Source of the DNA: Hydrolagus affinis | Lineage: Eukaryota | Direction: 5' to 3' | Assembly (NCBI GenBank): GCA_012026655.1 | Contig: JAAILG010000478.1 | Span: 1 to 64,000 of the forward strand | DNA length: 64,000 bases | Part shown: piece by piece, positions 47,876 to 61,075 of the stretch | How the letters are laid out: each line of letters starts with the position of its first letter | Position numbering within the stretch: position 1 is the stretch's first letter | The notes under the pieces: model-generated | Database searches by the model: none | Told to the model about the DNA's origin: nothing | The model's input: the letters and a program-made list of their open reading frames with translations, nothing else | Position numbers and translations under genes: made by a program

Positions 47876-49785
47876 TGCACACAATGCTATGGGATGCTGA
47901 TGCTGGACAGGGTATGGCTCCACAGGAGCTGACAGACACCACTACCTTACCTCGCCTCGCCTCGCCCCCCACCCCCAAATTGGTGTTTGTAAGTGTGAGT
48001 ATATGAGTCGAGTATATTGGCAGGCTATTTGTAGGCATCTTAGCTGACCCCCATCTCCTCTCCACACCTGACCTCCAGGCCTGTGCTCTCCAGCAGAGGA
48101 AACAAACCATTGGAGAGCAATCTGGGGCAGCAATCGTAGCTGCCGTCTTTCCTGCCCAAGCCCATAGAGGCTAATTACAGGGATCCAGCCAATGCCCAAA
48201 GTAATATCAGTTAATTCAGCACAGATTGCTAGATTGGGTACTGACCCTGCACACTTCTGCTCTGCATCCACCAGGCTCTCGGTCCCCTTACACGTCAGCT
48301 TTAAATCAACAGTCCAGATGTTTACATAAAATGAGTTTTGAAAATATACAAGTCATACCTTTTAGCTGTAACAGAACCCGAATACCATTTGTTACACCCT
48401 GAATTAAATCCTAGTCAACATCAGCACAAACGTGCGCTAAAATTGGTCATTCATTTCATGGCAGAGGGTTGGAAATTGCTCTGTGCAAATTGGCTGCCAC
48501 TATCAGCCACAAAACACAGTCACTTCACTTTGCAGTATACCCTGTGAAACATCGTCCCAACATGAAGGGTGCTATACTAAATGTAAGGAATATTCTGATT
48601 ATATTATCCATTCGAAACAACTCAAAATATTGGCGCGCAGCGTAATACAACTGGAATGCATTGCAGTCAAGCCTGATTCTGTCCTTATTTGACCTCCAAC
48701 AATGCATTTTCCAGTGTGGCGTGTGTGTGGGTGTGGGGGGGGAACTGCATAGAAATCGTGCAGGAAACCTAGCTAATTGTTTTTCTTCTCTTTACCCTGG
48801 GTGATATATCACCAGAGGAAAACACAAGCAATTTCTAAGTGTCAACCGAGCTGAGGAGATGACTGCCTTGGAATAATTTCTGGGCATTTTGTTTAATATA
48901 TTCCGTCATGTTGGTGGAGCCTGATTTTCATTGCAGTTTTTTTTTGCTCGTGGCAGATGTCAAACTGGATATTAACAGTCTCTGAAGGTTTAATGCAAAA
49001 TAATCACCATTAGCTTTTTTGAACGGTATTGTGCAGTTGCTTACTGCAGAATGATAATCACCAGACATTAGATCCCTGGAATTATAATGAAGCTCATAAG
49101 GCACTGGGTCAGTCAGAATCAGATGTAATCTTCAGAAGTGTGCTGTGGAATTAGTGCCATCCAGCTCAGGGCAAAGCCGAAGAGGTTGGTAAGCTGCCAA
49201 CATTACTGTCAAATCCAAAGCTAGCCCTTGCTCCAAACATAACTGTTGTCTGATTTCATTAAATCCCAGGAGCTTCTGACTGACGGAAAAGACACCACCA
49301 TTCCCTGCAGCAAAATCCATTCATTTGTTTTACAATAGATTGGATTCCAGCCTGGAGGTCCAGGGCTGATGCATGCGAAACACCAGTGGCCTTTCGCCTT
49401 CCGAGAAGTCACAGGAGGTAAGGTCGATACCTCTACCTTTTAGTCATAATTCAACCAGGCTCCTTGTGAATCTACACATTTGCAGCATTAGGCAGAAACA
49501 GGTTGGCTGATGAACTTCAGCTTTCAGGATTAGTACCACCTGATCAGGGTTACCTCAGCTGTCATTCTTTATTTAGGATTCAGAGATTTTATAGTGTCTT
49601 GCTCGCCGAGTACTCAGTTTAGTCTTTCTAAACAATCACATACAGGATGTAGACAAAACGGAATGCATTCCAGTATCATTCTCAAGACACTTATAGCCTC
49701 AAGGAAGACTCAAAATTAGAAGGATATTTTTTCCTTCCATAGAATAGTGGATATGTGAAACAGACTCCCAACTGAATACATTAAT

Positions 49786-49865
49786 ACTGAAACAAAACAG
49801 AAATCGCTGGAAACACTCAGCAGGTCGGGCAGCATCTATGGAGAAAGAAAAAGTGAGTCGACGTC
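49786..49865 (+). repeat. Chondrichthyan-type interspersed repeat fragment (possibly Penelope-associated); relatives at 17655-17715 and 50965-51145
   Basis: aaaacagaaat.gctggaaa.actcagcaggtcgggcagcatct.tggaga motif. Family assignment is from memory. Confidence 0.5.
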
Positions 49866-52800
49866 ACAGTGACAGGGTTGAACTCCAAGCTGGTAGGAAG
49901 GGAAGTGACCATAGGTGTAGTCAAGAGCCTCCGTTTATGTTCACAAAAATCCAATGTACAATGACCACAACAGCTGCAGGAAATTACAACCTTCCCTCTA
50001 CTAAAACCATCACAGAATCAGATGCCATGGACATGTAACTGCAGTTCACTATGGAATATAACTCCTTTATGAAAAAACACTTTTTTTGTTACAAAGCACA
50101 CAACTATTAAGCTACGCCCTTCCAAATGTTAAAAATATGCAATGTTTTGGCATCATTTCCAACTTAGCATCAAGTCTTTGCAAAAGCACACAAAAACAGG
50201 CAAAATTGTCCCATTAGCCACTTCAAGTTGCCCATTCTTAACAGGAAGGCCACTGCGAGTTTTGCCCAAATTTAGAATGAAAGAAAACAAGGGCTATCTT
50301 TTACAATGCTGTATCACTTTAACACACTTTATATACAGATATAATTTTGGTGTTGTTTGTTAGCTAAACCTACCAATATTTTGCCTAAATCTTTACTGGA
50401 TTTCAACAGAACATCTCTGTGTGCATTGAGGCCTAATGTCCTCTGATGGTTATATAGCCGTCTTTTCCCCAGGTTTTAAGAAATGGATTTCATGTTACAA
50501 AGATTCTGCAGAAAAGATGACTAATTCTACAAATCAGCAAGCGCTAGACCCCTAGTGTGTCTGAATGATATCTCTTTCTTGCTGAACGATATCTTGCTGA
50601 ATGATATCTCTGATTAAAATGTTTGTTTGCTTTACTAAGCAGCTGGTGCTCAATGCTTCACCTCCAAGGCAATCAAGATCACAAACCACCTTCTCCCAGT
50701 GGTGCTTCCGACCGTACACTACCACAATTCAATCCATTGGTATATAAAAAGACCCCTGCCACTGATGGAGGATTCCTGCAACCATCTCAGACAGCAGTAA
50801 TAATACATGCAGCGATAATATATATCTCAAGCAGACTCTGGGAAGACACTGGCGTGCATGTGGTCTCAGTCGGGTGCTGCGATCTTGAATACGGGCCGCT
50901 ATATCTCAATGTTTCAAATAGTAGTAAAGTTCTTATGACGGAAGTTAAAAAAAGAGGAACAAAGGAAATCAAAATCTGAAAAAAATAGAAATTCTGGGAG
51001 TCCACAGCCTGCAAATAAGCACCTGGAAGCGACAAATAGGTTTGGTGCTCCAGGTGTGATCCCTCATGCTGAAGGCTGGTACCTGAAACATTAACCTACT
51101 TTTCTCTTTCAGTTGTTAATGGCCTGCTAGGGATTCCCGGTATCAACTGTATAACCTTGATCAGGAGCCTGTCAAGCCAGTTCCGCCACTTTAAATCAAG
51201 GCAGATTCTTTTAATTCCCTATCCTTTGAAACAATATAATTTACATTTAAATAGCGCCTTCTACATCGGGAAGACATCCCAAAGCACTTAAAATTTAGTA
51301 CTTTCCAAATATCTACTTATCTCTGGTTTGAACATCGCGAATTATTTTGTACATATTATAAAACATGTGCTCATATTGCCTTTGGTGAACAATAGAAGTA
51401 CAGAAGTCACACAGTCTATTAACGATGGTTAGGTCAAACTGTGCTCTGTTGGTGACCTGGATGAACACATTCCCTCTGCTATATAAATGTGCACAAGATA
51501 TAAACCTGCAATACTAAGAAACATTTGCAGAGCAACTCCACTGGAGATTTAATATTTCTAAATATGGCACAGTTGACATACAGCAATATCCAATGTACAT
51601 AGCTCTGACAATTATTGATTCAACACTGTAATGGCTGCTGTAAAGTAAACTCAGATAAGAGCGCGGGGGAGCAGGAGGTAGGTTTGGGACTGATAGAGCA
51701 GAACGACAAAAAATATTCCCTTTAGCTAGCAAACTCTCAAGGAGATAGAAAAGCCTGATTATAAACAGCATGAAGTGCTGTGATCAGAATACTTATTAAT
51801 CTGAGGGCAGCTCCAGAGAACAATAAGTCTGTAGGTTTCACGAGGAGCCCTCCAAACAATTCTGAATGTTCATTATAAAATGCTGGAGTATGGACCAAAT
51901 GATGTGAATACATTTACATTTCTATATGGATACACATAGATGCATTAATCAAGGTCAAATTTTAAACCTCTGGTAAGGATGCTTCTGCCATGAAATGTCT
52001 AAGATCCTAAGTATCCTTAGCATTTTAATGTTGTCCACCTACATATTCAGAGAGACCTGCATGTTTTTGGTGCAAAGTGCACTTGGCTGCTCTATTTGCT
52101 TTCCTCTTTGTGTGAGATTACCTCCTGGTACAGGTGCCTTGTTGCTAAGGATCGCCTAGCTACATTTTGAAAGTTAATTTATACTGCAAACTGCTCTATC
52201 TGTGTCATGTTTTTTTTAGGAAATAAAGTGCCGCTGGCAATGGCTGCCGCCTGATGTGGTGTATTTCAGATGTGCTGAGGCTCACCAGCCTGCTGGATAG
52301 AGATAATTGAACACAGCTGCCAGCCGTCTGATTTCCACACATTAACAGGAGAACAGTTACAGGCTACAGCGCCAAAATCACTCACTGTGCAAAATTTCCC
52401 CGCAGCCCATATTTGTATTCATCTGCAAAGCAAGAGAGCTGAGAAGCAAAAGAGCAATACCATTCACAATTGATGCCCCCCTTTTCTCTGTAATCTACAG
52501 TTCTGGGTTATTTAGCATTTTACAAATTAAATGACAGTATTCTGTGGGTCATTTAACATTGATATTTTGCAGAAAATGCGACATGGTGTTTTAAAGCGTC
52601 TGATTTTGGCTTTGCAGCATCAGTGGTGGGCGTGCGTTTCTGCTGACACATGTTTTCATTTGGGTTATTACACATAGTCAAAGGCAATCTCCTTCTACTA
52701 ATCTGTTGCATACTAAATCTACTGCACATTATGGACAAGTCACTGGTTCCAGGATTCTTTTACATTTCCAGAGTTTTACAAATGAATCATCCTGGCAGCT

Positions 52801-55800
52801 AAATCAGAACAAAAGCAATTCATTTTGCGCTTTACTTTCAGCTAAAAGGTTGCATATTTTTAAAGCACATTTATTTAATAATTTGCATGACTGCAACAGT
52901 ATTTTGTGTTTATTCCTTCAAAGTATTGCAGAAAGTACACATTTTCTCTTTGCATGGGTCTACTGCATTAATACTCAAAGCATTGCGGATTCAATTCTCC
53001 TCTAAAGATCTCAAGCAGAGTTTTTTTGGTTAGAAACACGATGGGTAAAGGCATCTTTTAGCACAGGGGCAGGTTTCGCCAGAAAAGACATCACCATATG
53101 CTTTCTGGCAGATTCCCAAAGCAGATATAGGCCGAGGTGCATAATAACAATAATAATTATTGTATTTGATATAACGCCTTTCCCGTCAGAAGGACATCTC
53201 AAAGCGTTTCTTTCAGTGGAAGACCCTTAGGATGCAAGCACTCTATGCATATTACAGAGAAAATTATCTTAAATGCAGATTTTTATGGTTACCTTGAAAC
53301 TGTACATTTAAAAATACTTCATAATAAAAATTATTAATGGTAAATAATCCACTATTAACAATTTCAGATTGCATAATAATTTTTTTTTAATTCTTGATTA
53401 TTATGCCACACATGATCATTAAAGCATGAAATAATAATAATCCTTACTTGATATAGTGCCTTATCACGTCTGAGACGTCTCAAGGTGCTTCATAGAAAAT
53501 ACTGTAAAGTGAATTGACTGTATATATTGTGAGCGAAACGTGGCAGCCAATCTGAAAACAATATTTACTAAATTGCACATCATGTTGCACAAGGTCAGGA
53601 TGGAACGCTGCTTTAAAGGTTACGAGTTCCAGACAGTCTATAGATCCTATTTGTACCACGAATGCAAAAGAAAGTGGAGGATAAAGAGCTGGTTTTGTTA
53701 TGCACACTATATGTTATATGAAAAACCTGAACGGAGGATATGAATTCAAAATACCACCAGTATGTCTAAACAAGAGGCGAACAAAACACACCACATCAAC
53801 GACAACAAGCGCTCCTTGCGCAGGGTGGGGCCTCAGAGCCTTGAACATCAGCTCAACACCACAACATATCAAGTGTTTAAAGAAAACTAACGAGGCAACT
53901 TTTTTAAAATCATGTATGCTCGATCAGCATCTTAATCCCTAGTGACTTGTATGTACTTCTTGAATTGACTTCCTTACATTTAGTAAGAGCCATGGAAAAT
54001 GATTTTTACAGCTGTTACATATACGTTGAAAAGCTGCAGAGGACTTTCAGTCCTTGAAGGATTAACATTCTCAACCAACTTTTTTTTCCCAAACAGGAAA
54101 CAAGACTATTTTGTAATAAAAGTCTGGCGGTGATAATGCAAGTGCTGTGCTATTTTACTGAGTGAGAGAGAAAGAAGATTGAATGGATCTTGTACTGAGA
54201 GAGAAAACAAAATGTTTTTAAAAAAAGGTTCCATTTTAGGCAACTTGTTCCTTAAAGTCAAAAGGCAATTGCCAAGCGCACAAATCCGACCTTGTCTAAC
54301 AGTAGGAGTTATCCAGTATTTCATTTCTACTATTATTCAAGCACTGCTAATTTGTTCCCCATCTATTTCCTTGGCACCTCCAGTGGCTTTAAATAAATAT
54401 GTTTCCCATGGAAAAGCTCCAGGCTTACTACCAGTTCTGCCACAGAGCCGCTTCTTATGGTTGTTTGATCATTTCTGTTCTAACCCTGTCTATCATGGAG
54501 ATTTCTACAGTGACAAGGCAAGAGCGAGCGACATATTAACTAGGATGGATCAGTGTTACACAAAACGCCCTCTGGAGTTAAAAGAAATACAGCTGTGGAA
54601 AACAACTGCATTGCAGTGAGAGGGAGCTCGGGAATGAACAAGGTTAAATTTTATGTAATTCGATGATACCACAACATAGTTGGTTGTGTTTAGGCCAGTG
54701 GCTGCCTTTCAAAATAAAAAAAATACTGAATGTCTGAAAACATTGGTGGTATTCCAATACTATGACTAAAATTTACTAAAAGGATCCAGTAATAATGTCA
54801 TTGGTGATTAGCAACCAGGATATGTAGTTTACTGTCAAACAAACAGCATACATGCAGAATGACTGACAGCCTTACTCGCAAGGTAGTTAATGTACTCAAT
54901 GATTAATAATAAGTGATGTACACACTTATTAGCCACTGTTAACCCCTATGTCAATTCTTAGTCACCTCCATAGTTAGTTTCCAACTTATGCTGATCCTAA
55001 GAATAACCAGGCCTTTATAATGGGAAATCCCATTCTGAAAAAGTTGTATCAGCAACAATCAGCATAAACGTCTATGGTTGAAAGCTAATCCTATATTGCT
55101 GACTGTGTTTTATTAAAAATTATTTATCATAACGTCATTGTTGGTGGACGACAAAGTGCAAACATAAAATGTCACCGATCAACAGTTGTGTGAGAATTTG
55201 TTCTTACGTGAATGCTTTTGTGTTTTACAGCAAAATAACTGGTTTCATTCCATTTCTACATATTGGGTGCTCAGACAAGAACCTTTTTTCACATCAGTTG
55301 TCATGGGTTCTGAACGATTTGGGATAGACATCCCAATTAAAATATTATTTCACCCACAAGAAGCACTCACGATGTGGTGAAACATCTGAGGAACAGAGTG
55401 CAAAAATCTTCGCCGTTTATTGGGGCAATAAAAAGAATCGAATCGGGTCTCAGTTTGTGGTCCTACATTTTCCAAGAAAGCTCTGGGGAGTGTCTGGTGA
55501 GTTACAGTAAACAGTATCAAAGAACAACGTGCGGCCCTAACAGTCAATGTTGCAATACCATACTTAGCCAAAGATCATGGCCAACACTGCTTCACAAAGA
55601 AAACAACCACAGGAAAGTCCTAACATTACAAGGTCACTTCTTTTAAACCTGTCTCATTAAATGCTCTCATAAGCCTTCAAACCTATTTTTCTGCTCGCCT
55701 TTTTTTAGTGTAGCACCTTAGGACATCCTTCCGACACAGCAATGTCACAGCAATGTCCCACAAACAGCCATGATCAATTTCCTTGGGAGGATTTTTGGCC

Positions 55801-56950
55801 AGGATGCCGGGAGAACCTCTTCACTTTATCACTGAAATATTATACCTAACCTACTAAGTTAATATAGTAAACATGTTTTGGTCTCTATCGTCGTGTCTGA
55901 GGGCTTAAACTGTGGTCCTGTTTGCTTACATCATGTTCTTGTGACATGAAACACACTGTTTCAAATGCAAGAATTATTTATTTGTTTGTTTGCCTTCACT
56001 CTCAAAACATCAGAATTTTGAAAATCTCTATGATAAGAATATGAATGCCGTACTTTAGGCCTTGCCATATTAACAGGAGGTCTACAGCTTTGTTCTCACT
56101 TGTTGTGCATCATTGTGAAATAATATTAGGTCATCAAATAACAGGTGGGATAGAGGAACTGTGAAGGAATGTGAAGGAAAAGGCATACCTTTAAAAGCAG
56201 CAAACAGGTATGTGGAGAAAGCAGCAGCAAACCTTAAGACTTTTTTTCCCTCTGTGGCTATAACTTATTAAATGCATTTTTAAAAGGTTTTGGCTGTGTT
56301 GCAAAGCAGAATAATGGGATAACTCAAAGCATTCCATTTCTCTGGCCCCTTATCGACGTCCCTATGTTTGTAGAAATATTTGAAATGACATCCAAAAAAA
56401 CAGCGAAGGTGAAGATGGACATAAAAGGCAAGAATCAGATGAAAAGGCTGGATGATGAAATGCACCATTAAAAACCTTCACTTCCTCTAGATGGAGCACT
56501 GGTTAGCTGGCATTTGGATTAGTTGGTTGGGAAAATATATGCAGCATTGAACCCACGCACTCAGTGCAGACCGCAAAACAGTGGGGTCTAAAAACGTGAT
56601 GTTTGCAAATTGGATTTGTTGCATTAACTGAGACATCCGCACTGATGCTTTCCTCAACTCCCCAAATTCTGAATGTATTTTCCATGCATAGTGTTTAACC
56701 CTGAGGCCCCAAATATCTCACAGTATTGGCCTTAAAACCATTGTCATGACAGTTTAAAACCTGCAGCAGAAAATCTTCCAAAATTGAGACTAAATGTTAA
56801 GAATCTTCTAAAATTCTGCACACTCTTAAATTTAACAATAGTGGTCTCAATGCTGAAACCATGAGAAATTTCAGACCACTGGCATATATAGTTATATCAG
56901 GAGACAATGTGAACAGCACTTAAGAAAAATGGGTGTTTGTTGAAGCTTAC

Positions 56951-57067
56951 CTTTATCAGAGATTGTGTGGGCTGGGGCGATAACCTGTTTTGCTCAGGGC
57001 TGGGGGATCGGTGCAGTGCACTGGGGCTGTCACTTGGAAGGCTGTCAATGTCTACATTTGGTAGCAC
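56951..57067 (-). CDS. KIAA0586: KIAA0586/TALPID3 exon (117 nt, phase 0 to 0)
   Basis: ttgccttcag acceptor and AAG|gtaagc donor. Encodes VLPNVDIDSLPSDSPSALHRSPSPEQNRLSPQPTQSLIK (human VLPSVDIDS...WIK). Not in the ORF track. Confidence 0.95.
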
Positions 57068-57419
57068 CTGAAGGCAAATGGAGTTTCGTGATTTTTTTTA
57101 CGGGACAGGTTACAACAGCGGGAAGATGAAGAGTGAGAACTGAATCCACAAAATGACCTTTTGAACGGAATAAAACTAAATCAGTGGCACACGAACAATA
57201 CAGTGCTGGCAAGACTTGGCAGTGTCTCATTCAATGAAATAGCTAGATTTTAATCATCGGTTGTTAATAAGTGAACTTGCCCTTTGTCAGATCAAATATA
57301 AAGCCAGAAATCACTCTAAACTGGAAAGGGAGTGTTACCACTCCATTTCCACATTCTTTAACGTTTCAGTTCTATTCATTTACCATGATGTTTCATCTTC
57401 AAGATCCTCACTTTCACCT

Positions 57420-57780
57420 ATAAATCCCTTCAACGCTCAATTATCTCTGTGATCTTCTCCCACCCAATTCCTTTGTTTGCACCCCACCCCACCCCCACCC
57501 CCTACACCCCACTCAGCTCAGCAAACTCGAGTCTGCTACATATTCCAACCCCCCCACCTCCATGCCAACATTGGTGACTGAGCCTTCAGCTCCTAGTCCC
57601 TTAGACTTTGGAACTGCCTCTCTCTACCCCTCCGTCTTGCCCGCTCTCTTTCTGTCGGAAAAATAACCTCTTTGACTGTGCTTATGTTCACCTCATCCTC
57701 CCAATCCTCCATTGCTCAGAATCCAACCCTGGCACTGTGAAGCACTCCAAGACATTAACATTGAAGGATGCTATATAGAC
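57420..57780 (+). mobile_element. Degraded L2 3' fragment
   Basis: cattggtgactgagccttcagc...ctttggaactgcctc...cctctttgactgtgctt...ctgtgaagcactccaagac...atgctatata. Confidence 0.65.
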
Positions 57781-58650
57781 AGTTTCCCAATTTGATCAAT
57801 TCCAGGTTTAAAATAGGAATACAATTAAAATGCTTGCTGAGAGAATCTGGCATTTAATTCCACAAATACAGTAGGTTCCTACTCAAAATTGGTTTACTGA
57901 ATATATTCATTTGCTTAAGAAGGAATTCACATACTACTAAAAACCTCAAATTGCTCCAATGGTACAAGTACCCAGTGCCAATGAACTCCGACCCCATCCT
58001 CTCCATCACGGCCTGAGAATGCCAAGAAACAAAATTCTAAATATATCTGTCTGTGAGTACTGTGTAACCTTCAGTCAACCCTCGTCCAAATAAGGAAAAT
58101 TTACAGGACTTAATGGCAGATTAGGAAAAACAAGGCAGGAGAGTTCCGCCCAATCCCAGTTTATTCTTGAATTCAGGAGTCACTCTGGAAGGAATTTACT
58201 TTAAATAATAACATTTTATCACCAAACAAAAAGTTAACCTGTACATACCAATGCGTAGTGCTGCACTATGCTAGGATATGAGCCATGTGCCCTCAATTCT
58301 GTTAGGCTTCAGGGAAGGGATTGTAGAGGAGGTGAGCAAATGAAATGGACAGAAGAATATCACAGCTAGGGAGGTGCTAAGGCATGAAGAGACACCATGG
58401 CACTGACAGAAACGTCTAAATAGATTGCGTACACGTCCATTTAATGACGGAGTTTCCACAGAATTATGGAAAAATCTTAAATTTGGGAGTTGATTTGCCA
58501 CTGTTCTTAAACTGAAACCGGCTTCCAAATTAAGCTGAATTTAAGAAATTTTCACAATTCGGGAGGTCTTAACATTTTTAAGCCAAAATGGTTTTACAAG
58601 CTAAGAATTACAGGCCTCCAGAAGGAAGAGTATCTAGTACAAGAACGCAC

Positions 58651-58826
58651 CTGTACACGAAGCTTTGGCAGGGACTTCTCAGATTTCACATGTACAACTG
58701 CCACATTGGGCTTTCTTACCCAAAGCTGTGGTTTGGGGGGAATTGAGGTAATTACTGTGACAGGCTGGGCCCTGCTGATGAGCAAACGTGCAGGTTGTAG
58801 AATGCCACCATCGATCCGTGGCTCAC
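58651..58826 (-). CDS. KIAA0586: KIAA0586/TALPID3 internal exon (176 nt, phase 1 to 0)
   Basis: tttccag acceptor and CAG|gtgcgt donor. Encodes GEPRIDGGILQPARLLISRAQPVTVITSIPPKPQLWVRKPNVAVVHVKSEKSLPKLRVQ, matching recalled human PVTVTTSIPP...[23 protein letters not shown]. Confidence 0.95.
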
Positions 58827-59335
58827 CTGGAAATGCAAAACAACATTTGGCAATCAAAGTGGCATGAAAATAGCCTTGCCTATTTATTTTGAAAGCGAGT
58901 AATATTTTTTTTCTGTGGTTCACAAAATGCAATTGGTGGCACTGGGAAAGCGCTCCTCACCCTATATAAATCTCAGTTTTAAATCACTTGATATTAGTTA
59001 ACAATATAATAAAGAAAACCCTTTAACCCTTTCCAGGGTAATATCTTTCCAGGACACCCACCCTATTGTCATCTAATTCTTCCTGAAGGAAAAAGCAGCC
59101 CTTGTGTAAGGCCACTTCCTCCTTGGTGCCCTATGGTATCCCCTGTCAGTAAACATACATGAAATATATTTCAACCCCTATATTTGTTTATTCATTCAGA
59201 GAGATACAACAGCAAAACAGAGCCTTGCTAAATCAATGCCTTGAGGCACTCTGCTGGAAAAAGGCAGTGCCTGCAATTTGTATCTAAAAATTTGTTAAGA
59301 GATACTGAGCTGTCGAAGTGAACCACGTGCCATGT

Positions 59336-59697
59336 GTCAGCCTGGCACAGCTTGTATCACTCTACGTTTCTGAGTCGGAAGGTCGTGTGTTCAAACCCCA
59401 CATCGAAACTTGGAGCTAACAGGTCTAGCGCTACAATGTCACCGGTGGTAAAATCCAAGGTTGCACTTGCCTGTTCAGGAGTTCATTAACAATCCCATAG
59501 CACTACTCAAAAAGAGGAGAGAGTTTCCCCCAGTGTCCTGTCCAACAATACCCCAGCTACAACTGGTTATTCTTACTTTTTGGGTATTTGGAAATTTTGA
59601 TTACATTGCTAACCCTTTTCACCTACAGCCACTACATGTTACAGAAAATACTGTGAAGCATTTGATAAGGCACTATATCAAGATTGTGATTATTATA
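59336..59697 (+). mobile_element. DeuSINE-type SINE, degraded
   Basis: Head tctgagtcggaaggtcgtgtgttcaaacccc and atcccatagcactact...gagagtttccccagtgtcctg. Confidence 0.75.
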
Positions 59698-60754
59698 TAC
59701 AACAAAGTCTGTGCACCCATTGCCACATCCCAGTGACAAAGCGATTTTAAAAATTAAAATCCCTCTGCCACCTATGGATTCTTCTGAAGTGCTTGTAATT
59801 GTTTTCAATATAATAATAATCTACCCTTATTTACTGAATGTGAGTATGTTACATTTATTTACCTCTTGGCATATTTGAAAAGCCAAAGAACATCATTGTG
59901 TTTAAGTGATTGCTAGGATATTACAGTACTCAAATACCTGCCTATTTTCCCAGTTCTGTTGCCACCTGCAGTTTTATAGTAAAGAGCATTTGGCAATGTG
60001 AGTTTAAGTCGAACTGCTCACACACTATGTGGTAGAAGAGAAACAGCTTATGCTTCAAATAACACAAGACATACATAACTGCTATCTAATCATCTAAATA
60101 TTCCAGTTTTGTATTCAAATAACCGGAATGGTTGGTGTCTAACCACCTCACATGGAAATGGAACGAAATATCAACGGTAGATCAATCTTAAGAGAACAAC
60201 AATACTGAAAAAACATCACCATGGTAACAGCCTGCCTCCCTAGCATGAATTCTTATCTGTAAGGCTGTTGAGGTAAGATTTAAAATGCTTTCTTTTCTCA
60301 ATGAATAGCTTTCTGAACATACAACTCAGATGAACGCAGTACAAAAAACTGCAGAATTGCATTTCCTTTGCTCCCTTTCACCAATTTTCACTGTTTTTCT
60401 TTTGTTCCCTCTTTTCGTTTGCCAGCACTGTCTGAGATAATCATCAAGGCTGCTTTTGAAGGCAAAACTTAGCCACTTTGCATTGGAGAAAAGTTCTATA
60501 AATGACTGAAGTCAATGACCAATTTATGTATAGAATTCTCATTCTGAATACCACCATGAGATTTTTAACATCCACTTGAATATTAGTGTCCACACAAGCT
60601 TCCTCCCTTGCTAATCCCCTCTCCCATACTCCTCTATTCCAATTTCCTTCATGTATATATCAAGTTTCCTCTTAAATGCATTCTATACTATTCTATTGAA
60701 CCAGAGCCTGAGGAACACATGGATGGAAAGCTCATGAAAGTTTCCTCTAAAGTA

Positions 60755-61075
60755 ACAATAATTCTTATACTGGATACAGCTCCTTTCATGTCCAGAGGAT
60801 GTCTCAAAGCACTTTGCAGGAATTACTGTTTATTATGTAGGTGAACACAGCAGCCAATTTGCACACAGTAAAGTCCCACAAACAGCGATGAAGTAAACAA
60901 CCATACAACCAGAGGATAATTCCCTTTATTTTCAAACTGTGCCATAGGTTAACAAATCGAACAGTCAGAAGGAACCCTAGGTTTAACGCCTCATCTGAAA
61001 AACGGCATCTTCTGGAGGGTTCAACTTAGACTATTACAACCTTCTGACTCAGAGATGAGAGTGAGCCAGGATGAC
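60755..61075 (-). mobile_element. DeuSINE-type SINE, degraded
   Basis: cctttcatgtccagaggatgtctcaaagcac...cagccaatttgcacacag...gtttaacgcctcatctgaaa...accttctgactcagag. Confidence 0.75.

Noticed and set aside
50560-50612. Short tandem duplications (also 24090-24132, 23725-23765, 25915-25945 and 27848-27890)
   Set aside because: These are ordinary slippage-type micro-duplications with no sign of function.
54179-54619. 146-aa plus-strand ORF in the large intron, considered as a nested gene
   Set aside because: No homology or exon structure is recognisable.
56654-58580. Weak reverse-complement similarity between 56654-56840 and 58466-58580 around exon 56951-57067
   Set aside because: The matches are short, degenerate and not collinear for a true inverted repeat. 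They are probably remnants of an old dispersed repeat also seen near 33610.
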